Shown: piece after piece, positions 17,559 to 26,461 of the stretch
How positions within the stretch are numbered: position 1 is the stretch's first letter
Layout: the number at the start of each line of letters is the position of its first letter
NCBI RefSeq assembly: GCF_965202595.1
Contig: NZ_OZ241836.1
Coordinates: 215,095 to 279,094 of the forward strand
Origin: Candidatus Poriferisocius sp.
GTDB lineage: Bacteria > Actinomycetota > Acidimicrobiia > Acidimicrobiales > Bin134
Length of the DNA: 64,000 nt
Direction of reading: 5' to 3'
Program-made: the position numbers and the translations under genes
The notes under the pieces: model-generated
Databases searched by the model: none
The model's input: only the letters and a program-made list of their open reading frames with translations
Told to the model about the DNA's origin: nothing

Positions 17559-18200
17559 TTGACCGTTATGCCCATCGAGGAAGCCCTCTACCCGGTGAAC
17601 CTGCGGATCAGGGGTTACCGTTGCCTGGTGGTGGGGGGAGGCCAAGTGGCACTGGCCAAAACCGAAGGGCTGCTGGAAGCCGGGGCGAGGGTGGACGTGA
17701 TCGCCCCCGATCCGGTTCCCGATCTGGAGAACCGCGAGCGGGTTACCGTTCACCGCCGCCGTTACCGCTCCGGGGACGTGGTTGGTTACCGCCTCGTGGT
17801 GGCGGCCACCGGCAACCGGGAGATCAACGCTCAGGTGTACCGCGATGGCGAGTCGTCCGGGGTGTGGGTGAACAGCGCCGATGACCCCGAGAACTGCTCG
17901 TTCACCCTCCCCAGCAAGATGCGCCGGGGGCCGATCATGGTTACCTGCTCCACCGGCGGCCACAGCCCGGCCCTGTCCCGCTGGCTCCGCCGCCGTTTTG
18001 AGGAAGAGATCGGACCCGAGTACGAGACGCTGCTGGGTCTGCTCAGCGAGGCCCGGGAGCGGTTCCGGGCCGCGGGCGTGTCCACCGAGGACCTGGCTTG
18101 GCAACAGGCACTGGATTCGGGGATGCTGGAGATGATCCGCTCCGGTGAAACCCGACGAGCACGAGACATCGTCGACCGCCTGGTCGATAACCCCGGATGA
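17559..18200 (+). CDS. Precorrin-2 dehydrogenase / sirohydrochlorin ferrochelatase (siroheme synthase N-terminal domain type)
   Basis: CLVVGGGQVALAKTEGLLEAGARVDVIAP Rossmann motif and the overall CysG-N/SirC pattern. Sits upstream of hemA. Confidence 0.8.
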   Translation: MTVMPIEEALYPVNLRIRGYRCLVVGGGQVALAKTEGLLEAGARVDVIAPDPVPDLENRERVTVHRRRYRSGDVVGYRLVVAATGNREINAQVYRDGESSGVWVNSADDPENCSFTLPSKMRRGPIMVTCSTGGHSPALSRWLRRRFEEEIGPEYETLLGLLSEARERFRAAGVSTEDLAWQQALDSGMLEMIRSGETRRARDIVDRLVDNPG

Positions 18201-18204
18201 ACCA

Positions 18205-19455
18205 GTGTCAGTACTTGCCATAGGCCTCAACCATCGAACAGCGCCCCTCGGCCTGCTGGAGCAGATGACCATTGACGAGTCCCACCAACCCAAGGCGCTG
18301 ACCGACCTGATGGGGAGGGAGAACATATCCGAGGCGGTTGTGCTCTCCACCTGCAACCGCATCGAGGTTTACGCTTTTGCCGAGACCTTTCACGGGGCGT
18401 TCCAGAATGTGCGGGACTTTTTGTCCGAGACCGCTCATGTGCCCCCTGAGCGGTTCAGCGATGCTCTCTACGTCCACTACGAGGCCGATGCCGTGTCGCA
18501 CCTGTTCGCGGTGACCAGCGGTTTGGATTCCGCGGTACTGGGCGAGCATGAGATTCAGGGTCAGGTGAGGAACGCATGGGAGGCAGCCCGGCTGGAGGGC
18601 ACCTGCGGCACCACTCTGAATGCCCTGTTCCGTCATGCGGTGGAGGTTGGTAAGCGGGCCCGCTCCGAGACCGGCATCTCCCATCACATCACCTCGGTGT
18701 CCCACGCGGCCGTGGCTCTGGCCGGCGAGCGGCTGGGCGGGTTGGTCGGCCGTCGCATGATGGTGCTGGGAGCCGGGGACATGGGCGGGGGAATGGCCGC
18801 CGGCCTGGCCAACAGTGGGGTTGGAGAGGTTGTGGTGGCCAACCGCACCGCCGACCGGGCCGCGGAGCTGGCCCGCCGGGTGGGAGGCCGGTCGGTGGGT
18901 CTCGACGAGTTGGCCGCCGAGCTGGTGGCAGTGGATGTGCTTTTGACCTCCACCGGTGCGTCCTCGATGATTCTGGAGCACTGTGATGTGGCCGGGATCA
19001 TGGCCCGGCGGGGACACCGCCCGCTGCTGATCGTGGATGTGGCCGTACCCCGGGACGTGGATCCGACCGCGGGCAACCTGGACGGGGTAACCCTGCTGGA
19101 CATGGACGACCTGCGGGCCTTCGCCGACCGGGGCCTTCAGGAGCGTCGGGCCGAATCGGAACGGGTGCGAAACATCATCGGCCACGAGGTGAACCGCTAC
19201 ATGGATTACAGCTCGGCTCGGGAGGCGGCCCCCCTGGTAGCCGCGCTCCGGTCCCGGGCCGAGATCCTGCGCCGGGAGGAGCTGGATCGTCATGGCGGCG
19301 GGTTGTCGCCGGCCGAGCGGGAAGCAGCCGAGGCCGCCACCAGAAGGGTGGTGAACAAACTCCTGCACGAGCCCACCGTCAGGCTCAAGCAGGCTGCGGG
19401 GTCGCCGCGAGGTGATCGGTTGGCCGAAGCCCTACGGGATCTTTTCGATCTCTGA
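18205..19455 (+). CDS. hemA: Glutamyl-tRNA reductase
   Basis: GLNHRTAPL, STCNRIEVY and VLGAGDMG motifs. The start is set at GTG 18205, just after the upstream stop; the maximal ORF begins at 18145. Confidence 0.9.
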   Translation: MSVLAIGLNHRTAPLGLLEQMTIDESHQPKALTDLMGRENISEAVVLSTCNRIEVYAFAETFHGAFQNVRDFLSETAHVPPERFSDALYVHYEADAVSHLFAVTSGLDSAVLGEHEIQGQVRNAWEAARLEGTCGTTLNALFRHAVEVGKRARSETGISHHITSVSHAAVALAGERLGGLVGRRMMVLGAGDMGGGMAAGLANSGVGEVVVANRTADRAAELARRVGGRSVGLDELAAELVAVDVLLTSTGASSMILEHCDVAGIMARRGHRPLLIVDVAVPRDVDPTAGNLDGVTLLDMDDLRAFADRGLQERRAESERVRNIIGHEVNRYMDYSSAREAAPLVAALRSRAEILRREELDRHGGGLSPAEREAAEAATRRVVNKLLHEPTVRLKQAAGSPRGDRLAEALRDLFDL

Positions 19456-19459
19456 TCCA

Positions 19460-20434
19460 ATGCTGCGCGCCGCCACCCGAGGCAGCGCCTTGGCCCGCTG
19501 GCAAGCAGCCCACGTAGCCGATCTGCTGGGCGATGCCATCGACGTTCAACTGCTTGTTGTGACCACAACCGGCGACCGGCGAGCCGGCGAGCCCATATCG
19601 TCCATCGGCGGCAAGGGGGTGTTCGTCAAGGAGGTGCAGGCCGCGGTGCTGGACGGGCGGGCCGACCTGGCCGTCCACTCGGCCAAGGACCTGCCCGCCA
19701 CCACCCCCGATGGTCTGGTGGTGGCTGCGGTGCCCCCCCGGGCCGATCCTCGGGACGCGCTGGTGGGCAGCCGGTTGGACGACCTTCCCCCCAAAGGGTT
19801 GGTGGCCACCGGCTCGGCCCGCCGCCGGGTTCAGCTCCGCCGGCTCCGCCCCGATCTGCGGTTCGCCGAGTTGCGGGGCAACATTGACACCCGGCTGGCC
19901 AAGGTGCCCGACTACCACGCAGTGATCATGGCCAAAGCCGCCCTGGACCGGCTGGGCGAGCATCCGAGCGTTGTGGCGGCGCTGGGTCGGCGGGGCGAGC
20001 AACCGAGCGTTGTGGCCGCCCTGGAGCGGCTGGGCGAGCAACCGAACGTTGTGGATGTGTTGGGTCGGCGGCGCGAGCAGCCGGCCATCGTGGATGTGTT
20101 GGACTGCGAGGTTATGGTTCCTCAGGTGGGTCAAGGGGCCCTGGCGGTGGAGTGCCGGGAGGGCGATGATCGGGTCCGCTCCCTTCTGGCCGCCATCGAG
20201 GATCCAATGGCCCGGCGAGCGGTGGACGCCGAGCGGGCCTTTCTGTCCACCCTGGGCGGTGATTGCACCTTGCCCGCGGGAGCCCACGCCCGGATACTCG
20301 ACAACCGGGTGGTGATGCGGGCCGTGCTGGCCGGCGGTGTGGACGGCCGCTGCCACACCATGGTTGACGAGGGCAGCGACGGTGAATCCCTGGGCCAAGA
20401 CTTGGCCCGCCGGTTGCTTGCCGCGGCCCGATGA
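19460..20434 (+). CDS. hemC: Hydroxymethylbilane synthase (porphobilinogen deaminase) with a 39-bp x4 in-frame insertion
   Basis: LRAATRGSALARWQA, GKGVFVKE, RGNIDTRL and PQVGQGALAVECR motifs. ATG 19460 is preferred over the maximal ORF start at 19412. Confidence 0.9.
   Translation: MLRAATRGSALARWQAAHVADLLGDAIDVQLLVVTTTGDRRAGEPISSIGGKGVFVKEVQAAVLDGRADLAVHSAKDLPATTPDGLVVAAVPPRADPRDALVGSRLDDLPPKGLVATGSARRRVQLRRLRPDLRFAELRGNIDTRLAKVPDYHAVIMAKAALDRLGEHPSVVAALGRRGEQPSVVAALERLGEQPNVVDVLGRRREQPAIVDVLDCEVMVPQVGQGALAVECREGDDRVRSLLAAIEDPMARRAVDAERAFLSTLGGDCTLPAGAHARILDNRVVMRAVLAGGVDGRCHTMVDEGSDGESLGQDLARRLLAAAR
19955..20110 (+). repeat. In-frame 39-bp (13-aa) tandem repeat x4 inside hemC
   Basis: ggcgagca[t/a]ccgagcgttgtgg at 19955, 19994 and 20033, with a degenerate copy at 20072. 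Protein: GEHPSVVAALGRR GEQPSVVAALERL GEQPNVVDVLGRR REQPAIVDVLD. Confidence 0.9.
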
Positions 20435-20662
20435 CCGTTTATCCACGATGGCAGGGTTGATGGGCATGGCGTTGAACACTCGCCGGTTGCTTGCTGCGGC
20501 CCGATGACCGTTTATCCACGATGGCAGGGTTGATGGGCATGGCGTTGAACACTCGCCGGTTGCTTGCTGCGGCCCGATGACCGTTTATCCACGATGGCAG
20601 GGTTGATGGGCATGGCGTTGAACACCCGCCGGTTGCTTGCTGCGGCCCGATGACCGTTTACC
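20408..20662 (+). repeat. 73-bp tandem repeat (3 units plus a partial one) of the hemC-stop/cobA-start junction, encoding six chained mini-ORFs
   Basis: cgccggttgcttgc at 20408, 20481, 20554 and 20627. Mini-ORFs: 20431-20460, 20460-20507, 20504-20533, 20533-20580, 20577-20606, 20606-20653. They alternate between 9 aa (MTVYPRWQG) and 15 aa (MGMALNTRRLLAAAR), linked by ATGA and TGATG overlaps. Confidence 0.9.
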
Positions 20663-22170
20663 TGGTTGGTGCCGGGCCGGGCGATCCCGACCTTTTGACC
20701 CTGAGGGGGGCCGAGGTGTTGGCCGGTGCCGATGTGGTTGTGTACGACCGGCTCTCGGCCCCCTCGCTGCTGGATTTGGTTCCCGATGGGGCCGAGCGCG
20801 TATCAGTGGGCAAAACCCCCGGCGGTCCCCGCACTTCGCAGGAGGACATCAACGCCCTGTTGGTGGATCGGGGCCGAGCCGGCCGGCAAGTGGTGCGGCT
20901 CAAGGGGGGCGACCCTTTCGTGTTTGCTCGCGGTGGCGAGGAGGCCGCGGCGCTGGCTGCCGCGGGGGTTGCCTTTGAGATCGTGCCCGGTGTTACTGCC
21001 GCGGTGGCCGTTCCCGCCTATGCCGGGATCCCCGTGACCATGCGCTACTCCTCCACCTCCCTAACCGTGGTTACCGGTCACGAGGATCCGGCCAAGGGTG
21101 ATGTGTCGGGTGATGGGGAGGATCCGGCCAAAAGCGATGTGTCGGGTGATGGGGAGGACCTGGCCAAAAATGATGGGTCGGTCAATTGGGAAGCGGTGGC
21201 TGCTTTGGGGGGCACGGTTGTGGTGCTCATGGGGGCGGCTCGCTGCCGCGCCATCTGCGATCGGCTCATAGCGGCGGGCTTGGCCGCCGACACCCCGGCG
21301 GCTGCCGTTCAGTGGGGCACTCGCCCGGACCAGCGCACGCTACGAGCCACGGTGGGGACTCTGGCCGGTTTGAGCCCCGAACCGCCGAGCACCATTGTGA
21401 TCGGCGAGGTGGCAGCGGTGGATCTGGCCTGGTTCGAGAACCGGCCGCTGTTCGGGCGGCGCATCGTGGTGACCCGAGCCCAACCTCGGGCCTCGGCCCT
21501 GGCCGCTGAGCTGCGGCGGCGGGGAGCGGAAACCGTGGAGTTGCCGACCATCGCCTTCGAACCTCCCGACGACCTCGACCTCATGGCCCGGGCCGCGGCT
21601 CAGGTCGGTGGCTACGACTGGGTTGTGTTCACCTCGCCCACCGGGGTGGCCCGGTTCCTGGAGCAGCTTCGAGATGCTCGCGACCTGGGCGGGGTGCAGG
21701 TGGCAGCCATCGGGCCGGGGACGGCGGCCGCGCTGGCCGAGCGCAACGTCATTGCCGATCTGGTTCCGGGCCGGTTCGTGGCCGAGGCTCTGCTGGAGGC
21801 CATGCCCCGCGGGCCGGGACGGGTGCTCATCCCCCGAGCCGAGACCGCCCGCGACGTGCTGCCCGAGGGTTTGGCCGCCGCGGGTTGGGATGTGGATGTG
21901 GTTCCCGTGTACCGCACGGTGGCCCCGCCCCCCGATCCCACCGCCCCCGCCCGGCTGGCCGGGGCCGAGGTCATCACCTTCACCTCGTCCTCCACGGTGA
22001 CCAACTTCGTGGATATCCACGGCACCGGCGGGGTGCCCCCGGTGGTGGCCACCATTGGGCCGATTACCACCGCCACTGCCCGCAACCGGGGCCTGGAGGT
22101 AGCAGTGGAGGCCACCGAGCACACCATCGCCGGTTTGGTGGCCGCTCTGGAGGATTTCTTCACCCGCTGA
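20650..22170 (+). CDS. Fused uroporphyrinogen-III C-methyltransferase / uroporphyrinogen-III synthase
   Basis: N-terminal VYLVGAGPGDPDLLTLRG...VVRLKGGDPFVF (CobA/SUMT). The C-terminal half from about residue 270 is HemD-like (RIVVTR...VVFTSPTGV...ITFTSSSTV). Contains an in-frame 36-bp x2.8 repeat at 21082-21180. Confidence 0.9.
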   Translation: MTVYLVGAGPGDPDLLTLRGAEVLAGADVVVYDRLSAPSLLDLVPDGAERVSVGKTPGGPRTSQEDINALLVDRGRAGRQVVRLKGGDPFVFARGGEEAAALAAAGVAFEIVPGVTAAVAVPAYAGIPVTMRYSSTSLTVVTGHEDPAKGDVSGDGEDPAKSDVSGDGEDLAKNDGSVNWEAVAALGGTVVVLMGAARCRAICDRLIAAGLAADTPAAAVQWGTRPDQRTLRATVGTLAGLSPEPPSTIVIGEVAAVDLAWFENRPLFGRRIVVTRAQPRASALAAELRRRGAETVELPTIAFEPPDDLDLMARAAAQVGGYDWVVFTSPTGVARFLEQLRDARDLGGVQVAAIGPGTAAALAERNVIADLVPGRFVAEALLEAMPRGPGRVLIPRAETARDVLPEGLAAAGWDVDVVPVYRTVAPPPDPTAPARLAGAEVITFTSSSTVTNFVDIHGTGGVPPVVATIGPITTATARNRGLEVAVEATEHTIAGLVAALEDFFTR

Positions 22171-22280
22171 GAGGCGGCGGTTCCACCGGGGGCATTCGGA
22201 TTTCTTCGCCCGCTGAGATCCAATGGCTTTTCCCGCTCCTCACCGGGGGCGCTCGGATTTCTTTGCCCGCTGATATCCAA
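22151..22280 (+). repeat. The 3' end and stop of cobA/hemD is present three times (spacings 46 and 57 bp)
   Basis: ggatttctt[c/t][a/g]cccgctga at 22152, 22198 and 22255. The longer unit, caccgggggc..tcggatttctt.gcccgctga.atccaa, occurs at 22184 and 22241. Confidence 0.8.
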
Positions 22281-22339
22281 CCTTTCCGGGGCTTGCTCGC
22301 TGGTTGGCTGGGCCGATTTGAGTTCTAGGATCAGCCGGT

Positions 22340-23587
22340 ATGGCCACCAACCGGGATTTGTTCGAGCGGGCGCAGAGGGTCATTCCCGGGGGGGTCAACT
22401 CGCCGGTGCGCTCGTTCCGGTCGGTGGGGGGGACTCCCTACTTCGTGGCCCGGGCCGAGGGACCCTATGTGTGGGATGTGGAGGGGAACCGCTACATCGA
22501 CTACGTGCAGAGCTATGGCCCCGGCATTTTGGGCCATACCCATCCGGCGGTGACCGCGGCGATCGCCGAAGCGGCCGCGGGCGGTACCAGCTACGGGGCC
22601 CCCACCGAGCGCGAGGTGGTGCTGGCCGAGCTGCTGTGCGACCGGGTTCCCGGTTTGGCATGGACAAGGCTCACTTGCAGCGGTACCGAGGCGGCCATGG
22701 CTGCCGTCAGGCTGGCCCGGGGGGCAACCGGTCGCAGCAAGATCATCAAATTCGCCGGCTGCTACCACGGTCACAGCGACGCTCTTTTGGCGGCGGGGGG
22801 CAGCGGGGTGGCCAATCAGGGACTGGCCGGCTCGGCCGGGGTGACTCCCGGGGCGGTGGCCGACACCGTGGTGGCTCCTTACAACGAGATTCCCGAGATG
22901 GATGCCGAGGTGGCCGCAGTGCTGGTGGAACCGGTGGCGGCCAACATGGGGGTGGTGGCTCCGGCCCCCGGCTTTCTGGAGGGTTTGCGGGCGGCCTGTG
23001 ACCGATCCGGGGCCCTCCTGGTGTTCGATGAGGTGATAACCGGTTTCCGGCTGGCCCCCGGGGGGGCCACCGAGTGGTTCGGGGTCATCCCCGACCTGTG
23101 GTGCTTTGGCAAGGTGGTGGGGGGCGGCCTGCCCATCGGCGTTTTCGGGGGGCGATCCGAGCTGATGGACCACCTGGCCCCACTGGGTGGGGTGTACCAG
23201 GCCGGGACTCTGTCGGGGAACCCGCTGGCCACCGCGGCCGGTCTGGCCACGCTCGAGCTTTTGACCCCCGATGCCTACCGCACACTGGCCGGCACCGCCG
23301 CTCGGCTGGCCACTGGACTGGTGGCCGCTGCTGCTGCCGCCGGCGTGGCCTGCACGGTGCCCCGGGTGGGGTCGCTGCTCGGCCTGTTCTTCTGCGAGGA
23401 ACCCCCCTCGAACTTCGATCAGGCTCGGGCCGCCGCCGAGAACGGCATTTACCCCCGAGTGTTCCATGCCCTCCTGGATGCCGGCGTGTCGTTCGCCCCC
23501 GGCCCCTACGAGGCCCTGTTTCCAAGCCTGGCCCACACCGGTTCTCACTTAGATGCCACTGTTGAGGCTTTCGCGGCTGCTTTGTAG
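22340..23587 (+). CDS. hemL: Glutamate-1-semialdehyde 2,1-aminomutase
   Basis: RAQRVIPGGVNSPVRSF, YGP.ILGH, FDEVITGFR and GKVVGGGLPIG are canonical HemL motifs. Confidence 0.95.
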   Translation: MATNRDLFERAQRVIPGGVNSPVRSFRSVGGTPYFVARAEGPYVWDVEGNRYIDYVQSYGPGILGHTHPAVTAAIAEAAAGGTSYGAPTEREVVLAELLCDRVPGLAWTRLTCSGTEAAMAAVRLARGATGRSKIIKFAGCYHGHSDALLAAGGSGVANQGLAGSAGVTPGAVADTVVAPYNEIPEMDAEVAAVLVEPVAANMGVVAPAPGFLEGLRAACDRSGALLVFDEVITGFRLAPGGATEWFGVIPDLWCFGKVVGGGLPIGVFGGRSELMDHLAPLGGVYQAGTLSGNPLATAAGLATLELLTPDAYRTLAGTAARLATGLVAAAAAAGVACTVPRVGSLLGLFFCEEPPSNFDQARAAAENGIYPRVFHALLDAGVSFAPGPYEALFPSLAHTGSHLDATVEAFAAAL

Positions 23588-24789
23588 ATGTACTCGGCTG
23601 TTTTGGGGTTGTCGGGATCCATGAGGTTGGCCATGATGCGCAGGGCCCACTCCATGATCGGCCGGGATTGCATGCCGATCCGGGTTAGTTCCCGCAGCAG
23701 CGCCGGTTTGCCGATGAGCCGGGCAAACAGGCGGGCCACCCGAAAGTAATCCCCGTAGCATTCGTCCAGCAGGTTCGGGTACCGCCAGATCACCCCGCCG
23801 TCACCGGTGGCCAGGGCCTCGGCCACCAGATCGGCGGCCATCCGACCCGTCTCGTAGGCGTAGTCGATGCCCTCACCGTTGAACGGGTTGACCGACCCGG
23901 CCGCGTCCCCCACCACCAGGTGGTTGGGCCCCACCTTGGGGTTGACCGACCCGGCCATGGGCAGGCGCCCCCCCACCGGGTCCATCAGCGGCCGGTTGGG
24001 GTCGATCTCCCAGTGGGCGGGCAGGGTGGCCGCGAACTCCCGCATCAAGTGGGAGGTGTTGACCGAGGTGTAGTCACGAAACGTGGACAGCAGACCCACG
24101 CCCACGTTCACGCTCCCGTCGCCCACGGGGAAGATCCAGCCGTATCCCGGCAGTGAATTGCCGTTGCGGTCCCGCACATCCAGGGCGCTCTCGATCCAGG
24201 GGGTGTCGTGGAGCGGGCTCTCGAAGTATGTGCGGATGGCCATGCCCTGGGGGTAGGTCCGGTCCCGGGCCGTTCCCAGGGCCCGGCCGAACCGGGAGTT
24301 GGCCCCGTCGGCGACCACCACATAGCGGGCCCGTACCCGGTCGGTGCCGCCCGTTATGGTGTTCTTCACCTCGACCCCGTCCAGCAGCCCGTTGACCAGC
24401 AGCGGTCGGGTGGCTTCAACCCCGAGCCGGAGTTCGGCCCCCCCGGCTACCGCGTGGTCGGCCACCAGTTGGTCGAGCTCCCGCCTCCGCACCACATAGC
24501 CGTAGTCGGGGAATACCGGGTGGCGGGGCCAGGCCAATTCCATGGTCCGGCCATGGGCCACCGCCCGCAAACCCCGGTAACGGTGGTAGCGGATCATCCG
24601 GTGACCCAAACCCATGTCGTTCAGCGCCTTTACCGCCCGGGGGGTGAGTCCATCGCCGCACGTTTTGTCACGGGGGAACTGCTTGCGCTCCACCACCACC
24701 ACGTCCAGCCCGTGCCGGGCCGCCCAGTAGGCCGTGGCGGCTCCGGCCGGGCCACCGCCGACGACCAGAAGGTCGCGGGAAGTGGTCAG
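23545..24789 (-). CDS. Geranylgeranyl reductase family FAD-dependent oxidoreductase
   Basis: DLLVVGGGPAGAATAYWAARHG dinucleotide fold, RDKTCGDGLTPRA and GDAAGSVNPFNGEGI. No ATG or GTG lies near the fold. The start is inferred as CTG 24789, overlapping a TGA. The maximal ORF (to 24915) would overlap the upstream gene by about 100 nt. Confidence 0.75.
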   Translation of the reverse strand: MTTSRDLLVVGGGPAGAATAYWAARHGLDVVVVERKQFPRDKTCGDGLTPRAVKALNDMGLGHRMIRYHRYRGLRAVAHGRTMELAWPRHPVFPDYGYVVRRRELDQLVADHAVAGGAELRLGVEATRPLLVNGLLDGVEVKNTITGGTDRVRARYVVVADGANSRFGRALGTARDRTYPQGMAIRTYFESPLHDTPWIESALDVRDRNGNSLPGYGWIFPVGDGSVNVGVGLLSTFRDYTSVNTSHLMREFAATLPAHWEIDPNRPLMDPVGGRLPMAGSVNPKVGPNHLVVGDAAGSVNPFNGEGIDYAYETGRMAADLVAEALATGDGGVIWRYPNLLDECYGDYFRVARLFARLIGKPALLRELTRIGMQSRPIMEWALRIMANLMDPDNPKTAEYIYKAAAKASTVASK

Positions 24790-24829
24790 TTCTCCCCCAG
24801 AAGGTCGCGGGAAGTGGTCAGTTCTCCCC
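24765..24829 (-). repeat. 32-bp tandem duplication of the cytochrome-c-stop / reductase-start junction
   Basis: ccagaaggtcgcgggaagtggtcagttctccc at 24765 and 24797. On the minus strand this gives an 11-codon ORF (CTG 24821 to TGA 24786: LTTSRDLLGEN*) between the two genes. Confidence 0.8.
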
Positions 24830-25603
24830 GATCCCGGCCCCGGCGAGTAGGTTGCGCAGCGTGCTGGGGAAGACCTGCCCGATCTCGAAGTCCTCCGGTA
24901 ATGTTGCTCCGGCATCGAACAGCTCCTCCAGTTCGACCAGGTCGGCTTCCGAGGCTCCGCCGAGTTCGGCCCGCTCGAAGTAGGTAACCGCCAGTATCTC
25001 CCGGGCGCTCAGCTTGTCGCCGAAAGCGGGCATGCCGTTGGCGGCACCCACCGACAGATCACCGCCGTCGCCGTAGGGGGTGCCGGGTTCGGGCGGTGAG
25101 CCGTTGATCACCCAGATGACGTGGTCCTCCCAGTCGTTGAATGTTCGAATCACGTCGCCGTTGCTCAGCGCGGGGCCGACCCCACCTCCGCCCTCGGCCC
25201 CGTGGCAGCCGGCGCACCCGCCGTCGTTCTCGTAGACCTCGCGACCCAGGGCAACTATCTCGCTGTCCTGCTCCGGCGACTCCAGGGTACCGGCGAAGAT
25301 GATGGCCCAGAACGGCAGGAAGATCAGCACCGGTACCGCCCATACCGGGATCTTCTTGCGGGTCAGTGCGGCTTTGACCCAGGGCTTGATGGGTTCGGGT
25401 TGAGGCTTGGGATCCGGCTTCAGTTCGGGCAGTTCGGGTAGGGAGGGAGCCGTTGCCGCCGGGGTTCGGGTTTGGGCTACGGCGGGAGCGGCGGTGGTTT
25501 CCGAGGGGGGAACCGATGCGGCCGGTTCGCCGTCAACGGTCGCGCCGAGAGCCTTGCGGCGATCCTTCGATCGTTGCAGCAGATGCTCGGGTACCTCGGT
25601 CAA
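24818..25603 (-). CDS. Membrane-anchored monoheme class-I cytochrome c
   Basis: One CAGCH heme-binding motif, one TM helix (VWAVPVLIFLPFWAIIFAG), and an N-terminal MTEVPEHLLQRS motif. Confidence 0.75.
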   Translation of the reverse strand: MTEVPEHLLQRSKDRRKALGATVDGEPAASVPPSETTAAPAVAQTRTPAATAPSLPELPELKPDPKPQPEPIKPWVKAALTRKKIPVWAVPVLIFLPFWAIIFAGTLESPEQDSEIVALGREVYENDGGCAGCHGAEGGGGVGPALSNGDVIRTFNDWEDHVIWVINGSPPEPGTPYGDGGDLSVGAANGMPAFGDKLSAREILAVTYFERAELGGASEADLVELEELFDAGATLPEDFEIGQVFPSTLRNLLAGAGIGEN

Positions 25604-25678
25604 CGCTCCTCCGGTGTGCCTCCCGGCCGGCAGATCAGCCGACCCGGTGACACATTAGGCCCGCCCGGTGCCGGCGGC

Positions 25679-25753
25679 CCAACTATTCATCCCCCAAGTA
25701 TTCATCCCTCAAGTATTCATCCCCCAAGTATTCATCCCCCAACTATTCATGGC
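25679..25753. repeat. 15-bp direct repeat x5 (iteron-like) in the divergent control region of the respiratory cluster
   Basis: ccaactattcatccc, ccaagtattcatccc, tcaagtattcatccc, ccaagtattcatccc, ccaactattcatggc. Confidence 0.85.
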
Positions 25754-25876
25754 GTTCATAACCAACTGTTGCGGGGTCGCCTGGGCAAGGGGCATGGTTG
25801 GCGGGCACTTTGATGTGTAGTAGCGCGTGGCGCGGCTACTACTATCTTTGGCAACCGCACCCTTGAGGGGAGGAAC

Positions 25877-26461
25877 GTGGCCGCCAAGAGGCCCATAGAC
25901 AACGCTGTCACCAATTTCTACAAGGCCATGGGGGCGGTTTTTGCCCTGTTCATGGCCCTGTGGGCCTTTATTGCCGTTCACCAGTACGACGAGGGTCTGG
26001 GGGCTCCGTATTTCAATGTGGCCTTCACCGCCAGCTCGGTGGTGGCGGTTCTGGGTACGGTGGCCTTCCTGGAGTACGCCCGCCGCCGGCCGGTGGGGGC
26101 CTATCACACCTGGGGCGAGGCCATGCTGGCGGCAGCGGCGGTGTTCTTCCTGCTGTTCTGGGTCTACGGCGTGGTGCCCCATCAGTGGCTGGTGTACGCC
26201 GACAGCGAGCTGGGCTGGCGCAAGGACCGTCTCATCGAGGGCTACCATGTGGGTGGTCAGGGCATCATTGCCTGGGCTCTGCCGTTCGACCTTCCCTACC
26301 TGGTGCTGCGAGATGTTGTGGCGGTGCTGATCTACGGCGTGGGTCTGGCCGGGAACGTGGCCGGTTGGATGGTGTGGCAGAACCGGGGCAAGACCGCCCC
26401 GGTGGAGGTGGAGAAGTCCGAGTACGGGCGACCGATCGTGAAAAAGGGGGTAACGGTCTGA
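25877..26461 (+). CDS. Integral membrane protein of unknown function; first gene of the Rieske/cytochrome b cluster
   Basis: 194-aa ORF with about 4-5 hydrophobic segments. Its stop overlaps the next ATG (TGATG at 26459-26463). Confidence 0.5.
   Translation: MAAKRPIDNAVTNFYKAMGAVFALFMALWAFIAVHQYDEGLGAPYFNVAFTASSVVAVLGTVAFLEYARRRPVGAYHTWGEAMLAAAAVFFLLFWVYGVVPHQWLVYADSELGWRKDRLIEGYHVGGQGIIAWALPFDLPYLVLRDVVAVLIYGVGLAGNVAGWMVWQNRGKTAPVEVEKSEYGRPIVKKGVTV

Noticed and set aside
20408-20662. The repeat-spacer look of the 73-bp array (and other arrays) suggested a possible CRISPR.
   Set aside because: The parts between the conserved cores are themselves identical between units, so there are no unique spacers. 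The units span gene start/stop codons, and no cas genes are present.
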